From the NCBI GenBank assembly GCA_024679065.1, contig JAGIQG010000038.1, forward strand, positions 8,680,001 through 8,744,000: a DNA stretch of 64,000 nucleotides, given 5' to 3'. This document shows, piece after piece, positions 27,335 through 59,253 of the stretch. Each line of letters opens with the position of its first letter. The first letter of the stretch is position 1. Under the pieces are notes generated by a model. It was not told the origin of the DNA and made no database searches. It worked only from the letters and a program-made list of their open reading frames with translations. Both the position numbers and the translations under genes were made by a program. The stretch comes from Sphyrna mokarran. Lineage: Eukaryota.

Positions 27335-28165
27335 ATACCCACATTTGGCCCATATCTCTCTATACCCATCTTATCCATGTGACTATCTAAATGCTTTTTA
27401 AAAGACAAAATTGTACCTGCCTCTACTGCTACCTATGGCAACTTGTTCCAGATACTCAACACCCTCTGTGTGAAAAATCTGCTCTCAGGACACTTTTGTA
27501 TCTCACCAGTCTATACATTTCTGCCTCATCCCTGAAGAGTCAATCTATGTCTTCTAGTTTTAGACTCCCCTACCTTTGGGAAAAGATATTGACTATCTAG
27601 CTGATCTGTGCCCCTCGTTATCTTATAAACCTCTAAAAGATCACCCCTCAGCCTCCTACACTCCAGAGAAAAAAGTCAGTGTATCCAGCCTCTCCTTATA
27701 ACTCAATCCATCAAGCCCCAAGGGTTATGTTTGAGGATTGATCATTTGTTAGAGTTTTTTATTCATTCAAAGGATGTAGACATTGCTGACTAGCATCAGT
27801 TTCTGAGGATCATTGTCCAATCCTCACTGGATACAGATAAGGTCCAAGAGGATTGGAAGTATGTGGATGTTATATCATCATTTAACAAGTGTACAGGGAT
27901 GGGACAGAAATGTATAGACTGGTGAGATACAAAAGTGTCCTGAGGGGCAGATTTTTCATACAGACGGTCTGGAACAAACTGCCAGAGGTAGTAGTAGAGG
28001 CAGGTACAATTTTGTCTTTTAAAAAGCATGAATAAGATGGGTATAGAGGGATATGGGCCAAATGCGGGTAATTGGGATTAGCTTTGGGGTTTTAACAAAA
28101 AAGGACGGCATGGAGAAGTTGGGCTGAAGGACCTGTTTCCATGCTGTAAACCTCTATGACTCTAT
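27335..28165. mobile_element. Two CR1 3' ends in inverted orientation (27335-27720 minus; 27900-28165 plus)
   Basis: About 180 bp mirrored; both give the ORF start MLFKRQNCTCLY. Confidence 0.75.
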
Positions 28166-28539
28166 ATTCATTTCAATATTAACTCTGAAATGAAAACACT
28201 AAATACTGGATAATTCAGGTCTGTCATCATCTGTGGAGAAAAAGAGTTAATGTTCTGAGTCTATATGACTAAGTTTTTCTGGCAGTTTCTGTTTTTATTT
28301 TAGATTTCCAGCATCTATGGTATTTTACTTCAATTTGGTTGTATCAACATTAACTCTGTTTCTCTCTCCATGGATGCTGCCAGACCAGCTGAGCATTTCC
28401 AGCATTTTCTGTTTTTAAGTATCATAAAGCAGGTGGCAAGAAAGGCCTTGTTGAATCAAAATATGATTTTTTTTAAAAGAAATACCCACTTTCTGCATAC
28501 TTCCACCCTTCTGACTCTTTTCCTTCCATGATAATATTC

Positions 28540-29290
28540 ATAGTATTATAGAATGGTTACTGCACAGAAGGCGACCATTCAGCCATTGTGTTCATGCCAG
28601 AACAACTCAGTTAGTCTCACTCCTACACCCCTTCCCCACAGCCCTGAAAGTGTTTTCTCTTCAGATGCTTCATCTAATTCCCTTTTGAAAGTCTTAATTG
28701 AATCTGCATTTACCACACTATCAGGGAAATCCTAACCATTTGCTGCATAAAAACCCTTCTCCTTGTGTCTCCATTGGTTCTTTTACCAGTCACCTTAAAA
28801 ATCAATGACTTCTGATTCTCAATCTTTCCACCAATGAAAGTTTCTGGCAACTGTCTCAATGATTTTGAACAATTCTCATCAAATTTCTTTGACTTTCCCT
28901 TTTGCAAGGAGAACAACCCCAGCTTCTCCAACGTATCCGACTAACTGAAGTTGCTCATCCCTAGAACCATTCTCATGAATCTTTTCTGTATTTTCTCTAA
29001 AGCTTTCCTTCCTATAACGTGACATCCAGAATTGGACCAGAGTTTGATAAAGGTTCACCACAACTACTTTGGTTTTGTACTCTATATCAAAAGTTTATAC
29101 TGCCTAGGATCCCTAATGCCTTGTTAATAACTTTCTCAACTGCTCTGCCACCTTAAAACAATTTGTGTGTATACATCCCCAAGTCTCTGTTCTTGTATCC
29201 CTTTTAGAATTGTATTCTTTATTTTACAATGCATCTCCTCATTTTTCCAACCAAAATGTACCGCTTCACATGTCTCTGTATTAAACTTAA
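28540..29290 (-). mobile_element. CR1 LINE 3' fragment
   Basis: NLYQTLV, EKLGLFSL on the minus strand. Confidence 0.65.
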
Positions 29291-31339
29291 TCTACTTCAG
29301 AACATGGTTGACCTTTCCAGAGGACTAGACTTGAGTACCTTCAATTCCCTGGATTAGAAGCCACCATTTCACAAGGTGGATCATAAATATTTATTTAGGA
29401 CTATGACTTCTGAGTTCAGACCATTTTGCCAGGGGATCCAATTTTTGTGTGCTGCTCAGCTATCTAATTAATGTCAATATTTTTTTTGCCACCTGTACAT
29501 TAGGAGAGGAGTGTGTCAGGGATATATTCAATTATATGCAACTTTTATAGAAGCTTTCCTGCACTTTTACTGAAGAAATGTTGGAACTGGCTCTTTGAGA
29601 GCCACACACCAAGATTTTGATACAGTTACTCAGTGCACTGTTTTTGAGTATTGCTGCCCACTATACTTTGATCTCTTCCTGAATTTGTCATGTATATCCA
29701 AAGGAAAGAAGTCTTGCACTTAAATAGTGGCTGGAATTCTTCAGTCTCATTCACCCTGCCACTGCTGCCAGTGAGAGTGGAGAATTTGGCACTTAGCCAA
29801 AACTCCATTCAACTCAGTAAGACTGAGAATTCCAGCCTCATCTTTCAATTTGATGATATCCCAAAGTGCTTCACAATTACAGGTACTTTTGAAGCATAGT
29901 CACTGTTTTAGGAAACATGCTAGCCAATTTTGTTGCATAGCAAACTCCAACAATGTAATAATGATCAGATTATGTTTTAATGATGTTGACTGAAAGATAA
30001 ATACAGGGATAACGCCCTGGCTCCTCTTCGCTGTACTGTCATGAGATCTTTTACGTCTGTTGAGTTCAAGGTGCTGTTTGTAACTAACTAGCTACATAAA
30101 TCTAGAAGCTTATCAATCTGTATTGTGTAAATTCATGGCAGCAAAAGGTGAAAAGAGCTACAAAAGTTTCACACTGAATAGTGGTATATGTTTTTTGAGT
30201 AAATAGACACATGAAGGATATTTATGTACAGTGAGTGCAAGACATTTTCTATTAAAATTAGTGCAAGTGAATAAAATGATGTCAGCGTAGCCCCACCTAT
30301 GGCTAGTTAATGCTTTCTATTGGACGACACTATTCTGGTGATCCAATACTGATCATAATCCACAAAACAAGGTCACGCCTGGGTAAAACCCACCAGCCAC
30401 TCTGGCTTCAGCCTTTCACGGCTGGAAAGTCAGCACTAACTGTGTGCGCAAGAGAAAGCTATGTGCACATGCCAATACAGAAATACAATTCAGGATTAAA
30501 GCACTGCTTTTGATTGTTTTTGTTTAAAAAGACAGCCTGGGTCGGATATTAAGATTCCATGCATATCTCCCTAATGTGAAGTAAACCACGTGGTAGATCT
30601 TTATTTTAAAGAAGATTTAGAATTCATTATTTCTTTACATTGTACAATACATCAGCGTGGATTTTTTCAGTTGCAATGCAATTTCAAGCATTTTGATGAA
30701 ACGTACTTGTCAGCTTTTCTTTAATACTGGATACTAGTAATAATGATATTACATGGGAGGTGACAGCTGTCACTCATGAGAAATTTCATAGAAGATTAAA
30801 AGACCCGTTACATTCAATGAAAACACTGCAAATACTCAGCAAACCTGGAGCATTAACTCTTTCCACACCTGCTGAGTAGTTGCAGCATTCCAGCATCCAC
30901 AGTATCTTGCTTTTGTGTTATTCATGTCATAACCAACCTTTTCATTGGTCTGGCATGCTTTAGTGAGAGGGCTCTAAAGCACTGCCAGATGATCACCTAT
31001 CAGAGTGGACTATGGCAAACATTGAAGGCTGACTTTCCAAAAATAAACATAGCTGCCTTTATAATCCCCCCTTTTCAACAATAAATTACCAGCAAATATC
31101 ATGAGTAGTTAAAAAAAAGTGCTGTAAATTGTTCGGTGTTTTAATTCCTGCCAGGTCCATTCATGCCACATTGTATTATTCCATGAGATAGTTTCACACC
31201 AAATCACAACCTACCTTTTTAATGCGAAGTGACATTTTCAAAAGAAATATGCACACCTTAATTTAATAGCAGCGATCTCAGCTGTAAAACAAATCTAATG
31301 TGATGTTACTGCACCTTTAAAAGATTTTTAAAAAATTAT

Positions 31340-32100
31340 GTTCTCTGCCGTTGTAAGCAGACCTCCAGACTGCTTGGGGTCAATAAGAAAACTAAACTGA
31401 AAAAGAAGTCCTTTTATTGTTACTTAAATGGTAGTTTGTTAATTTTTACTATGGGCCCCAGGTACTTTCTGGAATTAGTTTTATGACTCTGCATTGTTAA
31501 GAGGAAAACTAGTTGGCAGGTCAGGTGATGAGGTCTTTCATTTTCAGTTTTGACTTGCTGTTTAGTTCGAGTTTAGAAAGGACATCAAGCTGAAAAGTGT
31601 TTTTCTCTCTCTCCCTAGTTTTCGAAACTTCTACTATTAGCTGAAAGCAAGGCTTCTTGTCTCCATGGTGTTCTGGGAAACTATTCTGACTTCAAATTGT
31701 TCTGGGTGTATCTAGAGGGCTGCTAGCTAGTTACAAAGCTGAGATGTCATGGTTTCAATTCTCCAATCAAAGGACTCAGTTCCAGTACTGTGTGAACATT
31801 AGTCTTTGCTGTGTTAAAGATTTTTTGTCCAAAGGAAGTTTTTGTTTGAAACATCTTGGATATATTTAAAGGTTATACATTATTCTGGTTGTTTTGTTTT
31901 TATTTGTAATTGATACAAGTTATTGCTAATTTTCTTTCCATGCATGTTAACAATATTTTTAAATAAACCTTATTTGGTAAAAACTCCCGAGTGGGATATT
32001 TGAATCATACCTGAGGTGAAACATATCATGCTTATTCTAGCTATATTCAACAATCCAGGCAGGCTCCAGAAAACACTTGTTTCTGACCTGAATCATTACT
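31340..32100 (+). mobile_element. Possible solo LTR
   Basis: TGT start, T-rich U3-like body, AATAAA ~31962, degenerate ...aatcattac end; no TSD verified. Confidence 0.3.
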
Positions 32101-32459
32101 GTAATTTTTTTCTGGTTAAAGTTAAAAACATTGTTTGGTCCACACGCCATCCCAAGCACATCATCATGGAGATTTGTCCCAAGATATCTGATTCCGTGCT
32201 CAGAGTTGCTTTGTATTACAGATGATGAATTCATGTTAGTTCTGTAAAATATATCAAATATGGATGTTGCCTACGTTTACACATCCATAGTTAGAATCAC
32301 GGTGCAAAAAAGGCCCCTGGCCCATTGAGTCCACACCGACATATGCGAAAAACCTGACCTTCCCTCTAATCCCATTTACTAGCACTTGGCCCATAGCCTT
32401 AAGCTAGTTGAGTTGTATTGATTTGGTTTCATGTACAAACTTTTAGTCAGAATTGAGCT

Positions 32460-32748
32460 ACAGTAGGGTGGCATGGTGCTTAGCACTGCTGCCTTGCATT
32501 GCCAGGGACTCAGGTTCAAATTGCAGCCTTGGGTCACTGGGTGGAGTGTGCATGTTCTTCCCATGGCTGCAGTGATTTCCTGCTCCAATTTCCTTCCACT
32601 CTCCAAAGATATTAGGTTGATTGCCCTTCGACGTCAGAAGGACTAGCAGGGTAAATACATGAAGTTACAGGGACAGGGCTCGAGTGGGATTGTGGTCAGT
32701 GCAGACTCTATGGGCCAAATGGTCTCCTGCACAATAGGGATTCTATGA
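32460..32748 (+). mobile_element. tRNA-derived SINE
   Basis: A/B-box-like ggtggcatggtgcttagc...ggttcaaatt; gattctatga tail. Confidence 0.7.
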
Positions 32749-34059
32749 AATCCATAATTGCAGTATTCAGTACCATTCACAACTCTTCAGATACTGTGCA
32801 CAGCAAGACTTGGACAACATTCAGAAACCATGCGCAGCAAGACTTGAACATTTAGGCTTGGGCTGATAAACAGGAACTGACTGTTGGATCTCAAGCATCA
32901 GGCAATGATCACATCTCCGAGAGGAATCTGATCATCATCTTGACATTCAGCAAAGAACACCATGGATTTCAATAAGAAAAACCTCTTGCTTGATCAACTT
33001 TCTTGAATTCTTTGGCAGAGAGAGCAAAAACAATGTTAATGCAGTGGATATAATGTATCTGGATTTTCAAATGATGATACAGTCAACAAATTAAATCAGG
33101 TTTGTGGCTGAATGGATTGTCAGCTGTCTTTGAGACAGCAGAAAACAAGATCAATGTTTAACGATGATCAGTGCTAGAACACAACATCTCAATTAACATT
33201 TGGAATCAAAACTTTATCACCCTTCCTTCATTGTTGTGGGATTAGAAGCCTAAAACTTGCTTTCTAGAAGCACAGAGGGTATAACTGCAATAGTCCAAGG
33301 CAACAGCTGACCAGCACCTTGTCAAGGGCAATCGTATGGTCAAATGCTGGCCTTGCCAGCAATGCTCACATCCTGAGAGCAACTTTAAAATAAATCTTTC
33401 CTTCATTATTTGAATGTTTCTGTGGTGCAGCTCTTCACTCTCACCCAGTTAACCTTTGTGTATGCTTAAACACCACGTATCTGTTGGCATCACAGCTCAG
33501 CTCAATACATTTTTCACTGGGTAGTTGACATAAGGCAAAACCTTGGTTTAGATACATCAATGGTAATTGCAGCAGCTTGACCTCAGTCCCATCTGATATC
33601 AATTCATCCAGCATGGAGTTAAACTGTGACAAGTCTTCAAATTCTTAGTATATTGTTACTAAATCCAAGGAAACCTAGCTCAGAATAGAAAACTTTTATA
33701 CTGATAAAACCAATTGAATGGAAAAGCAAAACTATTTGAAATGAAAATTATGGCCTTTTTAAAAACTTTGTGCAAAGCAATGACATTTTGCTCCTCTTTT
33801 GTGGTTTTATCAGACCTTTCAAATGCGAGTTAAAAATCTTTTTCCTGCCAACATTAACGCTCAGTTAATTAAGCAAGGACTAATGCAAGCTCGAGTCTTC
33901 CTCCACTCAATTCCTAACTCAAGCTTGATCAAGTGAGGTACTTGTGACTGTTATAGTTAGTGTCAAATTCTGGAAATCAGGGAGCTGAAATTACTAGGCT
34001 GTCACTGACACCTCTTGGTGACCTTATTACAGAGGGAATAATGACAAGTCTGGAACCAT

Positions 34060-35345
34060 AGAAACAGGAGTAGTCCATTAAATCCCTCAAACCATTTAGT
34101 TAAATCGTGGCTGATCTGTGACCTAACTCCATGCACCCAATCTTGCCCTATATCCCTTAATACTTTTGAGAAATTTATCAATTTCAGATTTTATAAATTA
34201 AGAAACCAGTCTAGTATTCATCGACTTGAAGTGTTCCAAACATTTTACCACACTGTGTATGTACAAGTGTTTCATTCTCAAAAGATATGGCTCCCTAAGA
34301 CCTTGCTCCCTAGTCCTAAATTCCCCAACCTGTAGAAAGTTTTTTTTTATTCCCAAGTTTGCCAGTTCCAAAAAAAAAAACCCCAATTTGTGCAATCCTT
34401 CCTCACAACTTGGAGCCCAAGTATCATTCTGGTAAATGATTCTTGTTCCAAGGCTAACATATCTCGGGCATCACACCAGATTAACTATTTGTGGCCTAAC
34501 CAGAGCTTTATATCATTATAGCACAATTTCTACTTGTGTGTATTCTAGTTCTCAGAATTCCTACAGTGCAGGAGGAAGCCATTCAGCTCATCAAGCCTGC
34601 ACCAACAACAATCCTATCCAGGCCCTAGCCCCTTAATCCCACAAATTTATCCTACCAATCCCCTGACACTAAGGGCAATTTAGCATGGTCAACCTAACCG
34701 GAACATCTTCAAACAGAGGAAACTCATGCAGACACGGGAAGAATGTGTGAAATTTGCACACAGTCACCTAAGGCCAGAATCAAACCCAGGTCCCTGGTGC
34801 TGTGAGGCAGCAATGCTAACCTCTGTGTCACAGTTCCATTAGTTTTTAGTTTCTGTATCAATACCCTAAGCACTGAGGACAGTTTTTGTCCCCTTATTTA
34901 AAGAGATGTATACTGGCACTGTAGGTTCATTAGGCTGATTCTGGGTGTGGAAGAAATGTCTTACAGGAGATTGAAATTATATTCAAAGTTTAGAAGAACG
35001 AGAAGTGACCTTATTGAGACATAGAGGTTTCGCAGGAGGCTTGACAGGTTAAATGCTGAGAGGTTGTTTCGCCTTGTGCCATAATCTCAAACTAAGGGAT
35101 TGTCAATTGAAGACAGATGAGGAGGAATATCTTGAGGTTTGTGAATCTGTGGGATTCTTTACTGCTGAGGGCTGTAGAAGCTGCATCATTAAATAAGTTC
35201 AAGGCTGAGACAGATTTTTAATCATAAGGAAATCAAGGCTTGTGGGGCTAAGGGAAAGTGGTGTTGAGGATTATGTTGATCTCACTGAATGGCAGAACAG
35301 ACTTGATGGGTTGAATGGCCTATTTCTGCTTCTATCTTATGGTCT
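34060..35345. mobile_element. Nested CR1 (minus, 34060-34550), SINE (minus, 34550-34830) and CR1 3' end (plus, 34880-35345)
   Basis: CR1 3'UTR motifs (gaatggcctatttctgcttctatcttatgg) and SINE body. Confidence 0.65.
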
Positions 35346-36824
35346 CAAACATTGATTTATGCATATACACTCTTACAGTTCCCTCACTTTTCATTTAGAA
35401 AGTACTGTTCCTTCCTTTTAGGCCAAAAAGTGGATGACTGCACATTTGCCTACATTGAAATCCATTTGCCACAGTTATATCATCGATGTTTGTTTGCACT
35501 GATGCCATGCTGAGCTGTTTATGGTTATTTTCAGCAGTAGCCCCCCCAGTATAGTCGAAGACAATGTCAGTTTAGTCACTGACAACTCGGCCATTGCGAC
35601 ACGTAGTAGCTTAAAACTTGACGCAAATCATTGGCAAATTAAAAAATGGCACAGGATTAAGTGCTATGGAACAACTTATGAACCAAAGAACACTAGCAGA
35701 GCACACATGAAGACAAGTTGAAGCTCACAGATGTTTGATGGGCAACACCAGTCAATTAAGACATCTGTCCAGTTTCCAAAAGTGGAAAGAGAATTTCCTA
35801 ACCAGGTCAATTGCCTTCAATTCAGTTTCAACTTTATTTCTTACGAGCTGCTTTAGAAATTAATGCAACATATATACAGACATTCCACTGTCCTTTTCTC
35901 GATTCTTCACGTAATTGCGATCCCTCATTCCTTGTATCATTCTAATCAATCTCTACACCTGCTCCAATGCGTGGGCACAATATTCCATCTAATAGATGGT
36001 TGACATAACATCCTTGTTTCTGTATTTTCATACCACCACAAAACAGCTTGATCTGGTCACCTTGCTGAATTATCTTTAAAATGGTATCATTTTATCACCA
36101 CTCCTTCCAAAAATGGATCACTTCGTGTGTATTAAATTTCATCTATATATCTGCTCATTTCACTGTCCTCCTGATCTTTTGAACTCATTTGTTCACATTT
36201 CCAAGCTTTGCCTCAACTGCAAATTTTGAGATGATTGAACCACATATACCAAGTGACATCTCTCAGCTTCACATGCAAAGTAAAACAGCCAAAGCAACCC
36301 TCCTTCGGAACTAGCACTCCTGATAAAATAGCACATTTCTGAAACTATTTCAGCATGTATTCCAAACTTATCCCCACCCTCCAACACAAACATTTAAAAA
36401 AAAATCACATTGAGTACACAAAATAAATTTTAAGCTCTTATGATCCCAAACGTAATTGTGCTAAATCTGCCTTCAGTAGCTCAAGGTTAGGGGAAACAAT
36501 ATTTGCACACTCAAAACTATAGTCTAGATTAGTATTTTTCAAATATAGATTAAATTTAGTGCCAAATGGCTATTCTTCATTACCTCACTATTAAACCATG
36601 GGATTTAATGGCAGGAATTATTCACAGCTTTAAAACCCAACACCCACACAACTTTCCAACAAATCAATTAATAGGAGGGAGTCCAGAATCTTCCTCCAGC
36701 CAAAGAAAATAAAATGATGAAGTTGCAATCAGATTGGACAATATAGTGCGGAGGAGAATGTGTAAGGGCAGAAACTACACACATTAACAAAGGTTTATGA
36801 AAAGTAGTTATTGAAATGGCAAAA

Positions 36825-39390
36825 GTCATATGGCACAAAAAACAGGCCTTTCAGCCCACCATGTCTATGTCAACTATCAAATACCAAATCTATACTATTC
36901 ATTTATCAGCACTTAGTCCGTAGCCCATTATGCTGTGGCAATTTAAGTGCTCATCCAGATGCTTCTTAAATTCTGCGAGTACCTGCCTCCACCATCTCCC
37001 CCGGCAGCATGTTCCATATTTCCACCACACTCAATGAAACTTATTTTCTTCAGATTCCCTCTGAACTACTTACTCCCCACCTTAAACCAATGCCCTTTGG
37101 TCTTGAGACATCTCTACCATGGGGAAAAGATTCTTCCAATCTACCGTGTCTCTCAAAGGTCCCAGCACTGATCCTTGTTGTATGCTGTTGGTCACAGGCT
37201 TCTGATCACAAAAGCAGCCCTCCACTGTCTGCCTATGAACAAGCCAATTTTGAATCCAATTTGCCTTGGATCCTGTGGGCTCTAACCTTTTGGACCAACC
37301 ATCCATGGAGGACCTCGTCAGAGGCGTTTACTGAAGTCCATATAAACCACAACTGCACTATGTATTTAGTTACCTTATTTAAAAAGCCCTTCTTGAATAA
37401 AAAGGTACATTAGCTATCACCTAGTCATCTTGTGGCTAGCGAAGATTTAAATGTCTCCATCAGAGCCCTGCAATCTCTTCCCTTGCCTCCCATAGCAGCC
37501 TTGGATGCATCGGATCAGGCCCTGGGGATTTATACACGTTACTATAACTTCTATACCTGTTCCTTATTAATCTCAATGTGCTCCAACAGAAATCTCCAGC
37601 AATAAAGTCTTTCTCCTTAGTAAAGACAGATAAACTTCTTCCACATCTGGTTTCACACTCAGATTGCCTCTTTGGTCTGTAATGGGCTCCAATTCTTCCC
37701 TTGATCATCCTCTTGCTCTCAATATATTTAAGACACCTTATGTTTTCCACCAATGATATTTTGTGGCCCCATCTTTGCCTTCCTATATTTTCATCCCCCC
37801 AAACACTGTACTCCTGAAGAGCCTCCTGTTTCTATTGCTCTACACCTATTGCAGGCTTCCTTATTTTAAAAGGAAATCAAACTCTCAATATCCCTCGACA
37901 TCCAGGGTTTCCTGGATGCTGCCCTTGCCTTTCATTCTTAAAGGAACATGTTGGTCCTGAACTCTTTTAAAAGACTCACTTTTCAAATGTAGGTTTACCT
38001 GCAAGTAGCTGGTCCCAGTATATGTTTGTCAGATCCTGTCTGATGATACTGGAATCAGCATTTCCCAATTCAGACACTTGATTTCTGGACTATCCTTACC
38101 CTTTTCCATCACTTTGAAATGTATGGATTTATTGTCATTATCACCCACCAACACTTCGACCACTTGCGCAGCTTCATTCCCTAGGATTAGGTCTAGCATA
38201 GTCCTACAGGGATGAGGCAATGTACTGGCACAAAAATCTCTCGGATAGTCATTAAAAATTCCATCTTATCTAATCCTTTCACACTAAGGCAATTCCAGTT
38301 AATACTGTCAAAGTTGAAATCCAGTACTATAATCCTATTTCCCTCTCATCTGATTTGCTTACATATTTGCTCCTCCATCTCCCTCTATTGAGGGGTCTGT
38401 GGTATAATTCCAGCAAAGTGATTGCTCCTTTTGTATTTTTAAGATCCACCTATACAGCCTCATTTGAAGAGCTTAAGACACCCTCCCTCATTACTGCAGT
38501 GATAGTAACATATCAATAATGCAAACCTCCCAGCAAGGATATTGGACACCTGGGTTCAGATGCAACTTGTACAGATCCCACTTACCCCAGAAATTGTGCC
38601 AATGATTCAAAAATTTAAAGTCCTCCTCCTGTGAATCCCTTGAGCCACACATTCATCTGATCCATCTTTCTATTCCTATACTCAGTAGCACATAGCACCA
38701 AAAGTAATCCAAAAATTACAACTTTATAAATTCTGCTTTTTTACAACCTATACCCCCAAATTCCTGTTGCAGGACCTCATCTCTTTTTCTACTCACGTCA
38801 TTGGCACTGACTTATGCACAACCACTGGCTGTTCATCCTTCCCCTTCAGGATGCCCTGCAACCACACGAGGGAGGCAATGTACTATTCAAGAGTCTTATT
38901 CATGGCCAGAGGAACACCCACCTGCTCCCCTTATAATTGAGTCCCTATCACTAAAGCTCTAGCTCTCCCAGTCTTTTTCTTCCCAGCTGTACAGCAGAAC
39001 CAACATGGTGTCACAGACACAGCTGTTACTATTCTCCCTCAAGATGCCATCCTCAAACAGTATACAACACTGTATATTTGTTTGAGGGGATGAGCACAGG
39101 GGACTCCTGCACTACCTGTCTACATCTACTACTTTTCCTGGTGGTCACCTAACAGTTCTCCACCTGTGCAACCATTGCTTGCAATGTGACCAGCTTGCTA
39201 AACATGCTATCTATAATGTACTCGGCATCACAGACGCTCTACATTGAGTCCATACACAGCTCCAGTCACACAATGCAGTTATTCAAGAGCTACAGCTGAA
39301 CACTTCCAGTATAGGAAGTGTCCATTATTGCCCACATATTGGGGGAGCATTCCACAGGGCAGAGCTCTCCTACCATACCTTTAGGTTTGA
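36825..39390 (-). mobile_element. Decayed, internally deleted CR1 LINE
   Basis: KSPGPDPMHPRLLWEAREEIAG, LDLILGNEAAQV, QGSVLGP in minus-strand ORFs. Confidence 0.75.
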
Positions 39391-41638
39391 GAAAAATCTG
39401 TCCAAATTTCAAGATTTATTAAGTGCATTAACAAGATGCAATTCAAGACCAGTGATGAGGAATGTTGATCATGGCATTAACTAGGTAGTTCAATTCTTAA
39501 TATAAATCAAGATGAGCTCATTTGTGTTGAGATCATCCTTTAGGTAATTAATCTTGAACTACTCATCCCCTGGTAGCCAATTCTAAACTTTGGTCAGGGC
39601 CCAATGCATTATTGCTCAATGACACATGGTCTAATGCAAAAGTAACAAAACACTTCAGGCTTCAGAATCTAAATATTCTTGTTTAATATGTAAGCTATAT
39701 GCCATACCTGCTGATGCAGACTGTCAAAATCTATTGCAACTTACCTCTTTCATTCACAGTAACAAAATAAATACACAACAGCATGAACACAGATAGAGCC
39801 TTTATTAGAGATGCCTCATGGAGATTAAAGGGTTACAATGCAAGAGGGTCCACACTAAAGTATGGAGCATGAAAGCAGGGGGGAGTCTCAAATTTAAATT
39901 GGTTGCCATGCACCCTATCAGTTTTTTTTCCGCAACGTGAAAAGAGCAGACTGGAAGTAAGATATTTGAATTTAACATTTACATACGTAATAAATTGAAG
40001 AAGCCTCCAAGGACCTTTTGAATCAGGTAATTCCATCAAGCTTCCATTTTGAATCCATCCATTGTATCCAGTGTTGGTGCAATATTGTTGAACAACTGAG
40101 TGTTCTAGTTATATCCCACGTGTCTGCTAGTTAACAAACCTCAAACAAAGTGCCTCACACATAATGGAGTTACTTTTTGAAGTCTAGTCATTGTTACACA
40201 GCGACCATTTTGCGCACAGCAAATAAAGTGAATAGGCAATGAAATTGTTTAGAGCCACTAGTTAATGGAGAAGTGTTGTTCAAAATAGCAAGAGTTTCCT
40301 GCTCCTCTTCAAATGGCGCCACCTAAATAAGCAGATGAAACCTCAGGATAACATTTCACCCAAAGATCAATTTCTCCAACAACGCTTCATTCATAAATGT
40401 ATTATCATAAGCCCTGATTTTGCATTCTAGATTTGAAGAGCAGTTTAGACCACGAACCTCGAAATGGAAGGCAAATGAGTCACGTTACTTGACTGAAAAT
40501 TTCAGTACTGGTCAAAATTGTGGATCACTTGTTTATTCCTTGACGCTTGCAAATCAACTGACACACGAAGCACAAAAACGGCGAGCTACAATATATTCTG
40601 TACCAGCACAGTAATTTAGTGCTGAAAGCTCAGTATTAAGGATGTGAAGTACAGTTTATTTCCTTCTCCCAGTTCAGTGACTTGAAACTTTTCATTGAAT
40701 ATGCAATCAAGAACATCTATAAGCACCTCATTCCTTTAGCATATTCAAATATTAATGCGAGAGAATTTCTGTTTTGAGAATGCCGTACCTTCACTAACAT
40801 AAGGTCATGTTTGTATTCCACTAATTTTCCTCAATAATACTGGGCAAAGTTAGAGTTATCAGTGCCTAATCCAGAAACCAAAAGGCCCATTCTGGTAAGA
40901 TTCAGCTCTGCTGTTACACTAAAAATGGAGCACATCATGCAGCACACATTCAAGACTGTACTGATGTTGAAATTAATCCATTTAAACAGCTTTTGAAAGC
41001 ATGCACATGGTTAGTGATCCGCAAGACAACACCATACTCTCAAATAAGTAACCAGATTGAAAATGCCAAACTCATTTCACAAGCACCACTGAAGTTAAGT
41101 ATTGTAGCTCTGGAACAAATTCCAATATCTCTCTTCAGGTTCTTGCTTTGGGAGATTGCAAGTGACAATCTCTTGTTCACTCTGTACTTTACATTTATGT
41201 TGCCTCTACAAGATGAATTCAATGCCCAGATAAATTAAACAGAAATGTGTATGACAAGAACTAAACTTTAGGATATCAGAATGAAGTACCAGAAGCCCCG
41301 ATTAATCCAACAGGTCTATCGTAAAAATTACAAACAAATCATCATACAAATCTGTATTAAAGATTGTGGTCACTATCCCATGAAAATTAACACACACATG
41401 TATACCAGCGCTCAGTCCATTTGAGTTACATTGTCAAAATTTATAAGTAGTAACAGGAAACAATCTTAATGCTGTGGTTGTGCAATGTTTCGCCTGCATC
41501 AAAACATTTACCGATGCCAAGGTTTGCAGAAGTGCAAACCAAACTTTATTCTAATCTTTATGTTGCACCTATTCACTTAAAATTTCACAAGGAATAGACA
41601 CACCAGTCTAAATACATTTAACTATTTCAAGCCACATT

Positions 41639-41644
41639 TTTATT
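41639..41644 (-). terminator. NACA polyadenylation signal AATAAA (a second one at 41545-41550)
   Basis: tttatt on + strand about 80 nt after the stop codon. Confidence 0.7.
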
Positions 41645-41725
41645 TGAATTTTTTCAATATAAATGGTACAAATGTACTGAAGCTGCACCAATGGGATTGG
41701 TACTCACTCCTGCATTTTCTGACGT

Positions 41726-59253
<17,528 letters not shown>

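Noticed and set aside
39400-41500. Repeat-poor stretch downstream of NACA considered as another gene
   Set aside because: No consistent exon chain or recognisable protein; may be extended 3'UTR or intergenic DNA.
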